From Bacteroidales bacterium (GTDB lineage: Bacteria; Bacteroidota; Bacteroidia; Bacteroidales; UBA7960), in the NCBI GenBank assembly GCA_003559735.1, contig PWKN01000117.1, positions 20,663-84,662 of the forward strand: 64,000 bases of DNA. Direction: 5' to 3'. Made by a program: the position numbers and the translations under genes. Within the stretch, counting starts at the first letter, position 1, and each line of letters starts with the position of its first letter. Below are positions 29,586 to 37,484 of the stretch, piece by piece. The notes beneath the pieces were generated by a model, which saw only the letters and a list, made by a program, of their open reading frames with translations, was not told where the DNA came from and ran no database searches.

Positions 29586-29614
29586 GGCCCCCGAAATGGA
29601 GGGCCTTTTTTTTT
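29586..29614 (+). terminator. Attenuator terminator 2
   Basis: GGCCCCC-GAAAT-GG(A)GGGCC (7 bp with one bulge) followed by TTTTTTTTT. It ends 15 nt before the pheA ATG. Confidence 0.8.
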
Positions 29615-29628
29615 AACAACATGCAAAT

Positions 29629-30591
29629 ATGAGTTACAACAGCAACATCCATTCAATAGCAATACAAGGAATAAACGGATCTTTTCACCACGAAGCGGCC
29701 ACGTTGTTTTTCCACGACAAACTGAACCTGATTGAGTGCATGACTTTCAGGGAGCTGGTAGGAAAGGTCACCTCCGGGAAGGCCGCCCACGGCATCATGG
29801 CTGTTGAGAATTCGCTTGCAGGAGGCATGCTCCCCAACCTGTCGCTGATCAGGGAGTCGGATCTTTTTGTGAGTGGTGAGCTGTATATGCGCATCAGCCA
29901 GAACCTGATGGCATTGCCTGGTCAGGATATATACAGCCTTACAGAGGTTCATTCACACCCGCTTGCCATCATGCAGTCGGAAGCCTTCTTTAGCTGCTTT
30001 CCGCACATCCGTCTGATAGAGTCGGCCGACACGGCGCTGAGTGCAAAAGACATTGCCGACAATCAGCGCTGGGGGGTGGGTGCCATTGGCAGTGATGTTG
30101 CGGCGAGGCTCTACGGCCTGGATATTCTGGCACCATCTATTGAGACAAACAAGGAAAACTATACCCGGTTCCTGGTTATTGGAAAACAGCCTTCTGTGGT
30201 GAGAGTCGAAGAGAAGGTCAAAGCCAGTGTGGCCTTTGTCATTCCGCACACTCCCGGAAGTCTGTATGAAGCGATGAAACCGCTTGCAGAAGCTGGCGTA
30301 AACCTGACCATGTTGCAGTCGTTGCCCCTGGTTGGTCAAAAATGGCAATATATTTTTCATGCCGACATGATCTTTCAGAATATGGCAGCGGCTACCTCAG
30401 TTATTGAAGCGTTCCGGACCGTTTTAAAACAATTATGGGTGATGGGCATCTATCCCTTGCAGAACCGCAGTGGCAGCAGTACTGCTCCGCGGCAGACAAG
30501 CTATGAGAAGATCCACGGAACCCGGCCGGCCGTTGCCGTCCACAATATACCGGAAACACAAAGCGTCAAAGAAGACAATACCAACAGGTAA
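29629..30591 (+). CDS. pheA: Prephenate dehydratase (PDT + ACT domains)
   Basis: 320 aa with the TRFLVIG motif and a C-terminal ACT-like region. There is no N-terminal chorismate mutase domain. Confidence 0.9.
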   Translation: MSYNSNIHSIAIQGINGSFHHEAATLFFHDKLNLIECMTFRELVGKVTSGKAAHGIMAVENSLAGGMLPNLSLIRESDLFVSGELYMRISQNLMALPGQDIYSLTEVHSHPLAIMQSEAFFSCFPHIRLIESADTALSAKDIADNQRWGVGAIGSDVAARLYGLDILAPSIETNKENYTRFLVIGKQPSVVRVEEKVKASVAFVIPHTPGSLYEAMKPLAEAGVNLTMLQSLPLVGQKWQYIFHADMIFQNMAAATSVIEAFRTVLKQLWVMGIYPLQNRSGSSTAPRQTSYEKIHGTRPAVAVHNIPETQSVKEDNTNR

Positions 30592-30603
30592 AGGATAACT
30601 GAT

Positions 30604-31461
30604 ATGAATATCTGTATCGCAGGATTAGGACTCATAGGCGGCTCTATGGCAACGGATCTGAAAAAGCGGGGTTTTGCCCGGCATATCACAGGTGTTGACA
30701 GCAATGAAAAACACTGTGATATAGCATTGAAAAAAGGATTTGTGGATGAGGTCGCTGGCTTGCGTCAAGGTGTGACAAAAGCAGACCTGGTCATTCTGGC
30801 CACACCAATTGATGTGATCCAGGACCTGTTGCCCGAAGTGCTCGACCTGGCCGGCAACACCCAAAAAGTCGTGACCGACACCGGTTCAACCAAAAAAGGG
30901 CTGACTGCAATCGCAGAAGGGCATCCCAATGGCAGGCATTACGTAGCCGGACACCCAATGGCAGGAACGGAATATTCCGGTCCATTGGCTGCCATCAGCG
31001 GTCTGTTTGACAAAAAGTGCGTGATCATATGCAACCGTCAGCAAAGCGACATTAACGCGCTCAGCCTGGTTGAAAAAATGTATGATGCATTGAACATGCA
31101 GATCATCCACATGCAGTCGGACGTACATGATGTCAGCGCCGCCTATGTTTCCCATATTTCGCACATCGTATCCTTTGCCTTGTCAAACTGCGTGCAGGAA
31201 AAGGAGCGCAACGAAAAACGCATCTTCAGCCTTGCAGGTGGGGGTTTCACATCCACAGTAAGACTTGCCGCCAGTGCCGCGAGTATGTGGACCCCCATTC
31301 TTCTGGAGAATGCAACGCCCGTACTGGAAGCCCTCGACGCATATATCGCCGGATTGTCAGATTTTCGCAAACACATCGCCAACCACGACAGCGACCGGCT
31401 CAATGAAATGATCACAGAGGCAAACAAGATTCAGCAAATTATCAACCTACCAATAAATTAA
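30604..31461 (+). CDS. tyrA: Prephenate dehydrogenase
   Basis: 285 aa with the Rossmann motif IAGLGLIGGSMA and HPMAGTE. Confidence 0.9.
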   Translation: MNICIAGLGLIGGSMATDLKKRGFARHITGVDSNEKHCDIALKKGFVDEVAGLRQGVTKADLVILATPIDVIQDLLPEVLDLAGNTQKVVTDTGSTKKGLTAIAEGHPNGRHYVAGHPMAGTEYSGPLAAISGLFDKKCVIICNRQQSDINALSLVEKMYDALNMQIIHMQSDVHDVSAAYVSHISHIVSFALSNCVQEKERNEKRIFSLAGGGFTSTVRLAASAASMWTPILLENATPVLEALDAYIAGLSDFRKHIANHDSDRLNEMITEANKIQQIINLPIN

Positions 31462-31468
31462 GTTTGTT

Positions 31469-32587
31469 ATGAAAACAACCCAGGCACGACAACAAAGCGC
31501 ACAAAAAAACGGGCATTCCCGTCCGGTATTGATCGCGGGTCCATGCAGTGCAGAATCGCCCCGGCAACTGATGGAAACGGCCAAAGCACTGGCCCTGACC
31601 AATCGTGTAGACTATTTCCGGGCCGGTGTGTGGAAGCCAAGAACGTCACCTGGTTCTTTTGAGGGAGTGGGAACCGAAGCGCTGAAGTGGCTCCAGGATG
31701 TGAAGGAAGCAACCGGACTGAAGGTTGCTACCGAAGCAGGTAATGTGCAGCATGCCCGTGAAGCCCTCAGGCACAATATCGACATGTTGTGGATCGGTGC
31801 ACGTACCGTAAGCAACCCTTTTGTTGTACAGGAAATTGCCGACACGCTGAAAGGGAGCGATGTCGTGGTAATGGTAAAAAATCCGATGGCTCCTGACGTA
31901 GATCTGTGGGCCGGCAGCATAAAACGTTTCCAAAAGGCAGGGATAAAAAATGTGTGTGCCATACACCGGGGTTTTTCCTATTGGACCCGTTCTGTGTTTC
32001 GCAACCATCCGTGGTGGCATCTTCCCATGGAACTCAAAAAACGTCTGCCCGACGTTCCGGTGATCTGTGATCCAAGTCATATCGCCGGCGACCGGAAACT
32101 GGTGCCAATGCTCTCACAAAGGGCAATGGAGATGGGGTTTAACGGACTCATGATAGAGGTGCATCCCAAACCTGAAAATGCACTCAGCGACGCCAACCAG
32201 CAGCTTACCCCTGCCAGCTTCCTGAAGCTGACCGAACAGCTTTTCGGGAACATACGCGACATAGATGGTCAGTACAATATGCTTGACGAACTCCGTGCAG
32301 AAGTGGATGTGATCGACCAGGTGCTGATCTGGGCACTCACCAACCGCATGAAGCTGGCTGGCGAAATTGCCGGGATAAAGAACAAGAACAACATGGAAAC
32401 GCTCCAGCCCCAACGTTGGAAGCAAGTCATTACAACAGCCGTTTCCCGCGCCAGGGAAAGCGGCCTCAGACCTGGCTTCATAGAAAAGCTTTTTGACGAC
32501 ATCCACCACGAATCATTATCGGTACAACGAAACGACGGAGCTGAAACCAAACAAATATCAGGAATTCGTCCTACCTTTGCAATTTGA
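31469..32587 (+). CDS. Bifunctional DAHP synthase (type I-beta) / chorismate mutase (C-terminal AroQ domain)
   Basis: 372 aa. KPRTSPGSFEGVG and CDPSHIAG motifs, plus a C-terminal helical CM domain of about 90 aa (LRAEVDVIDQVLIWALTNRMKLAGEIAGIK). Confidence 0.9.
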   Translation: MKTTQARQQSAQKNGHSRPVLIAGPCSAESPRQLMETAKALALTNRVDYFRAGVWKPRTSPGSFEGVGTEALKWLQDVKEATGLKVATEAGNVQHAREALRHNIDMLWIGARTVSNPFVVQEIADTLKGSDVVVMVKNPMAPDVDLWAGSIKRFQKAGIKNVCAIHRGFSYWTRSVFRNHPWWHLPMELKKRLPDVPVICDPSHIAGDRKLVPMLSQRAMEMGFNGLMIEVHPKPENALSDANQQLTPASFLKLTEQLFGNIRDIDGQYNMLDELRAEVDVIDQVLIWALTNRMKLAGEIAGIKNKNNMETLQPQRWKQVITTAVSRARESGLRPGFIEKLFDDIHHESLSVQRNDGAETKQISGIRPTFAI

Positions 32588-32803
32588 TACGCACCGGAAC
32601 CTGACCATTTACCGGCATAGTGGTGAATGATCATCGCGTACCCTGGTTGCCTCCGGCCTGCCTGCAAAAGTCTGCTTCAGCAGACCGGTATGTGGATGAT
32701 CCGGCATGAACCGGGCCATGCCAATATCCTGGCATACAATGGAATGATTATGACATGGCGGGTTCCATCTGCCGAAACATAAAAAACACAAACAGATGCT
32801 ACA

Positions 32804-33829
32804 ATGGATACGATCTTTGTAAAGGGGAGTTCGCGCAACAGCCGCATCCTTGTTGGCGAAACGATGGACAAACTGCCGGAATACATGCCCGGAAACCACG
32901 TGTTTATCATTACCGATAAGAACGTATATGACATATATGAAACATCATTCCCCCGCTTTCCCGTCTATACGCTGAAACCCGGAGAAGCGACAAAAACCCC
33001 CGATTCAGCGATCGACATTTGCCGCTGGCTAATGGATAATGGCGGCGGACGAGATGCTTTCATCCTGGGTATCGGCGGCGGCATGGTGTGTGATATGGCC
33101 GGCTTTGTCGCCTCAGTGTTTATGCGCGGAGTGGCATTCGGATTCGTTGCCACCTCACTCCTCGCCCAGGTGGATGCCAGTCTGGGGGGTAAAAACGGGG
33201 TAAACCTCGATGGATACAAAAACATCATTGGCACCTTCAACCAGCCACAATTTGTCCTGTGCGACACAACCATGCTGCACAGTCTGCCGGCTGATGAACT
33301 GAAAAACGGACTGGCAGAAGCAGTTAAGCACACGCTCATTGCCGATAAGCAGATGTTTCAACACATACTGAACCATGCAGGAGAGATCCTGGCCCTGGAT
33401 GAAGCACTGATAAACAAACTGGTGAGACATTCCATAGAGGTCAAATCGGCCATTGTTGGCAGAGATGAAACAGAAGCGGGTGAACGGCGCAAACTGAACC
33501 TCGGACATACCTGGGGACATGCAGTGGAAAAAACCGATGGCATTGCTCACGGACAGGCGGTAAGTATCGGACTCTCCTTTGCAGCAAAGCTTTCAGAAAA
33601 AAAACAAATGCTGAGTGCCGGCGACCGCATCACTATAAACGAACTGCTTCATTCACTCAACCTCCCGACAGAAACGGATACGGACCCAAGACAGATCTTC
33701 CGTGCCCTGGTCAGGGACAAAAAGAAGGAAGGCGATCACATCCATTTTGTGCTGATGAATGGCATTGGCCAGGTAACGGTTGAACCACTGTCCCTGTCCG
33801 AACTGGATGATTTTATTCAGACAATATAA
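32804..33829 (+). CDS. aroB: 3-dehydroquinate synthase
   Basis: 341 aa with GGGMVCDMAGFVA and LNLGHTWGHA. Confidence 0.95.
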   Translation: MDTIFVKGSSRNSRILVGETMDKLPEYMPGNHVFIITDKNVYDIYETSFPRFPVYTLKPGEATKTPDSAIDICRWLMDNGGGRDAFILGIGGGMVCDMAGFVASVFMRGVAFGFVATSLLAQVDASLGGKNGVNLDGYKNIIGTFNQPQFVLCDTTMLHSLPADELKNGLAEAVKHTLIADKQMFQHILNHAGEILALDEALINKLVRHSIEVKSAIVGRDETEAGERRKLNLGHTWGHAVEKTDGIAHGQAVSIGLSFAAKLSEKKQMLSAGDRITINELLHSLNLPTETDTDPRQIFRALVRDKKKEGDHIHFVLMNGIGQVTVEPLSLSELDDFIQTI

Positions 33830-33836
33830 AACAAAC

Positions 33837-34802
33837 ATGACACAGCGTTTCCCCGCTGACACATTAAATACAAACCAAACCCAAATGCACACGTTGTATG
33901 CTGTGTTTGGCAAGCCGGTATTGCACAGCAAAAGTCCGCAAATGTTCTCATCCATTTGGGGTGTGCAGGACAAGGTATGCTACACCCGGATCCTGCCCCG
34001 TTCAGCCGCCGATATCATCCATATCGTAAAAATCCTGAATATCCGCGGAGCAAGCATCACTGCTCCCTTCAAAGAGTCGGTGCTGCCATATGTCGATGAG
34101 GCAACCCCTGCCGTTAAGGCAATTGGCGCTGTCAACTGCCTGCACTACGCAGATGGCCTGGTAAAAGGGCACAATACGGACCATCACGGTGTTACCGGTG
34201 CCTTGAAAGAATCGGGCATCGCGCTCCGTAATGCAAAAATCCTGGTGCTTGGTGCCGGGGGAGCGGCCAGGGCTGCCGTATACGGACTGGTATCAGGGGG
34301 GGCGGAGGTAAGCATCAGCAACCGGACAGCATCAAAAGCAGCGGAACTCGCTGATCATTATGGTTGTGCGGTGGTTCCGTGGACCAGCAATGTGCGCATA
34401 CCCCGCTTTGATGCCATTGTGTCAACCCTGTTACCCGAAGCCCTGCCGCCCTTTATCGGCGTGGCAAAATACGATGTCCTGCTCGACGCCATCTATAAAC
34501 CTTCCAGGATGTCGGACCATGCCAGAAGGCAAGGCATCACTGTCATTGGCGGCGAACAGTGGCTGATCCACCAGGGAATAGAAGCAGCTGCCTTTTATGC
34601 CGGCACCAGGCCGGCACCCGGAACGATGGCCGAAAAGATCAATGCGGTCCCCGACAGGGACAAGCTGCAGATATGTGTGCTCCGGAAAAACAATGCAGGA
34701 CTCTGCGGACAACAATGTCCGGACCTTGTTGTTTCGGCCTTTGACCTCGACCAACATACAATCAATCAACTGATCAATGAAGAGAAAAGTTTGGCCTTCT
34801 GA
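33837..34802 (+). CDS. aroE: Shikimate dehydrogenase with a C-terminal extension of about 55 aa
   Basis: FGKPVLHSKSPQMF and VLGAGGAARA motifs. The start could be ATG 33837 or 33885, not ORF start 33780, which overlaps aroB. The tail overlaps aroA by 26 nt. Confidence 0.85.
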   Translation: MTQRFPADTLNTNQTQMHTLYAVFGKPVLHSKSPQMFSSIWGVQDKVCYTRILPRSAADIIHIVKILNIRGASITAPFKESVLPYVDEATPAVKAIGAVNCLHYADGLVKGHNTDHHGVTGALKESGIALRNAKILVLGAGGAARAAVYGLVSGGAEVSISNRTASKAAELADHYGCAVVPWTSNVRIPRFDAIVSTLLPEALPPFIGVAKYDVLLDAIYKPSRMSDHARRQGITVIGGEQWLIHQGIEAAAFYAGTRPAPGTMAEKINAVPDRDKLQICVLRKNNAGLCGQQCPDLVVSAFDLDQHTINQLINEEKSLAF

Positions 34803-36018
34803 AATTGACGGGGTGTTGCATGCACCCCCCTCAAAGAGCGCAGCCCAGCGAGCCATCCTGATTGCATCGCTGGCAAATGGTGTTTCTGAAATCTTGCGTA
34901 CAGGCACCTGCGATGATGTGATGGCAGCAACCGGTGTTTGCCAGACCCTTGGCGCAACAATAAGCCGGCAGGGAAACAGTCTGCATATTACAGGAGGCAT
35001 CCGCACACCCGGACAGCCGTTGCATTGTGGTGAAGCCGGACTGGCGATCAGGATGTTTTCAGGGGTGGCCGCCACACTTGACGGTAACGTAACCCTTACC
35101 GGTGAGGGGAGCCTGCTCAGGCGACCGATGGACACCATAGAGTCTTCGCTGAAAGCACTAGGGGTAAGCTGCCAGACAACAAACGGGTTTTTGCCCGTTC
35201 ATGTAAGGGGTCCGCTTAAAGGGGGCCATGCGGTCATAGACGGATCGCTGAGTTCGCAAATACTCACCGGGATACTGATCGCCGCCCCGTTTGCAGAAAA
35301 AGACACCCATCTGGCTGTTACCTCTTTAAAAAGCAAACCATATATCGACCTTACCCTGGAAATAATGGCTGCATTTGGTGTGGAAGCACATAACAACAAC
35401 CATACAGATTTCTTTGTGCGGGCTGGACAACGATATGGGGGCAGGCACTATGTGGTTGAAGGCGACTGGAGTGGAGCGGCGTTTTTGTTGGTGGCCGGGG
35501 CCGTTGCCGGACGGGTTATGGTGGGCAACCTGAACCTGAGCTCATTCCAGGCCGACAAGAAAATCCTGCATGCACTGCGAATGGCAGGTGCCCGGGTTAC
35601 AGAAGGAAACAACTGGGTTGAAGTGGCACACCAGCCATTGGGACCCTTTTCTTTTGACGCCACCCATTGTCCCGACCTGTTTCCTCCCCTTGCAGCACTC
35701 GCGTCAAATTGCCGGGGAGAAAGCCGTATTACAGGAGTGGAACGTTTACGGGCAAAAGAGAGCGACAGGGCCAGCACGTTAAAGGACATTTTTCAGCACA
35801 TGGGAATAGAGATCCGGCTGGAGGACAATACCATGTATATTTCAGGAGGCAAAAAACAAGGTGCAACAGTCAGCGCACACGGCGACCACCGCATTGCAAT
35901 GGCTGCTGCAATTGCCGCGCTTAATGCAGACGGACCGGTAACCATAGATGATGCACAGGCTGTTGATAAATCCTATCCTGATTTTTTTGACGACCTGAAA
36001 CACATCATGACAGAATGA
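34777..36018 (+). CDS. aroA: 3-phosphoshikimate 1-carboxyvinyltransferase (EPSP synthase)
   Basis: 413 aa with PPSKSAAQRA and GDHRIAMA. Confidence 0.95.
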   Translation: MKRKVWPSEIDGVLHAPPSKSAAQRAILIASLANGVSEILRTGTCDDVMAATGVCQTLGATISRQGNSLHITGGIRTPGQPLHCGEAGLAIRMFSGVAATLDGNVTLTGEGSLLRRPMDTIESSLKALGVSCQTTNGFLPVHVRGPLKGGHAVIDGSLSSQILTGILIAAPFAEKDTHLAVTSLKSKPYIDLTLEIMAAFGVEAHNNNHTDFFVRAGQRYGGRHYVVEGDWSGAAFLLVAGAVAGRVMVGNLNLSSFQADKKILHALRMAGARVTEGNNWVEVAHQPLGPFSFDATHCPDLFPPLAALASNCRGESRITGVERLRAKESDRASTLKDIFQHMGIEIRLEDNTMYISGGKKQGATVSAHGDHRIAMAAAIAALNADGPVTIDDAQAVDKSYPDFFDDLKHIMTE

Positions 36019-36192
36019 GAACCATACAACAACCTGTTTTTTGCATAACCTGCCCTATAGAAGCGTATCATCCGGGTCAGATGCAAGGCGGCAAAAGCCG
36101 CCGGCACAGGTTAAGCTGAAACCCAGGCAAACTGCTTCACCGGTTTTGCTGCTGCACAGCACCATCCGGGGTGAACAAATAATAATGTACAC

Positions 36193-37197
36193 ATGAATAC
36201 CTTTGGACGATTATTCAAAACACAAGTGTTTGGTGAGTCGCACGGACCATTTATTGGGGTTGTTGTTGACGGATGCTGTCCGGGCATTCCGCTCCTGGAG
36301 GAAGACTTCCTGGCAGACCTCGGCAGGCGCAGGGCGGGGGCAAAAGGGACTACCCCCCGTAAAGAGGAAGACATCCCGCAGATCACCTCAGGTGTATACC
36401 AGGGACATACCACCGGGGCCCCGCTGTGCATCGTGTTTGCAAACAAGAACGTACGTTCAGGGGATTATGCACACCTTGCCAGTACGCCCCGTCCCGGACA
36501 TGCAGACCTGGTAGCAAACAGACGGTTTGGCGGATTTAACGATCCGAGGGGTGGCGGTCATTTCTCCGGCAGACTTACACTGGCGCTGGTGGCCGCCGGG
36601 GTGGTGGCAAAAAAAATGCTCGGCAATGTCCACATCAGGGCACAACTGATCGAAGCCGGGGGGACCACAGATATTGAACGTGCCATTGATGATGCCCTGA
36701 AAGAGGGGGACAGCATCGGGGGGATTGTGGAATGCCGTGCCAATAATGTACCCGTCGGATGGGGAGAACCATTCTTCGATGCTGCAGAGTCGGTGATCAG
36801 CCATCTGGCCTTTGCCGTGCCAGCCATCAAAGGTGTTGAGTTTGGCTCAGGGTTCTCCGCAGCGTCAATGAAAGGCAGCCTGCATAACGATCCCATTGTC
36901 GACAAAACAGGAAAAACCGCTTCCAACAATGCAGGAGGGATAACCGGCGGACTAACCAATGGGAATGAGCTTGTGTTCCGGGTGGCCGTGAAGCCAACGT
37001 CGAGCATCGCCAAAAAACAACGATCCATCAACACGAAAACAAACACCATGGAAACCCTCGAAATAAAAGGCCGACACGATGCCTGTATCGCACTCAGGGT
37101 TCCGGTGGTCATAGAGGCCATCACCGCCATGGCACTGGCCGACCTGATGCTTCTGTTCAATGCACCCAAAGGGACGCACACTCGCCCACGAGGCTGA
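36193..37197 (+). CDS. aroC: Chorismate synthase
   Basis: 334 aa with FGESHGP and GRHDAC motifs. The C-terminus is affected by the 37-bp direct repeat at 37129/37199. Confidence 0.93.
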   Translation: MNTFGRLFKTQVFGESHGPFIGVVVDGCCPGIPLLEEDFLADLGRRRAGAKGTTPRKEEDIPQITSGVYQGHTTGAPLCIVFANKNVRSGDYAHLASTPRPGHADLVANRRFGGFNDPRGGGHFSGRLTLALVAAGVVAKKMLGNVHIRAQLIEAGGTTDIERAIDDALKEGDSIGGIVECRANNVPVGWGEPFFDAAESVISHLAFAVPAIKGVEFGSGFSAASMKGSLHNDPIVDKTGKTASNNAGGITGGLTNGNELVFRVAVKPTSSIAKKQRSINTKTNTMETLEIKGRHDACIALRVPVVIEAITAMALADLMLLFNAPKGTHTRPRG

Positions 37198-37235
37198 AAT
37201 GGCACTGGCCGACCTGATGCTTCTGTTCAATGCAC
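37129..37235 (+). repeat. Perfect 37-bp direct repeat duplicating the aroC 3' end
   Basis: ATGGCACTGGCCGACCTGATGCTTCTGTTCAATGCAC occurs at 37129-37165 and again at 37199-37235. A 33-bp unique spacer between them contains the aroC stop. Confidence 0.9.
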
Positions 37236-37340
37236 ATCGCCTGCGGCAGGAAAAAAAGCACACAACCACCAGGTAAAAAATATTTTTTTGTTGTGAATGA
37301 AAAAAAACCATTACTTTTACACCCGGAAAAAAACCACATC

Positions 37341-37400
37341 ATGAACCCTTTTGTCAACCATCATCAGCATCATCGTCATACAACCCCAACGGGGTGTTGA
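37341..37400 (+). CDS. hisL: his operon leader peptide (19 aa)
   Basis: MNPFVNHHQHHRHTTPTGC*. Five His fall within seven codons (37359-37379). Confidence 0.75.
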   Translation: MNPFVNHHQHHRHTTPTGC

Positions 37401-37435
37401 ACCGAGCTGCTTTTGATAGTATAATACATACCAGG

Positions 37436-37461
37436 CCCCGGGAAACACCCGGGGTTTTTTT
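37436..37461 (+). terminator. his attenuator terminator
   Basis: CCCCGGG-AAACA-CCCGGGG followed by TTTTTTT. It lies 35 nt after the leader stop and 24 nt before the hisG ATG. Confidence 0.85.
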
Positions 37462-37484
37462 ATGCAGGAAACACCAACAAGAAT

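Noticed and set aside
36087-36102. GGCGGC-AAAA-GCCGCC hairpin between aroA and aroC, considered as a terminator
   Set aside because: No U-run follows, so it is not an intrinsic terminator by sequence. A short GC stem alone is not enough to call a feature.
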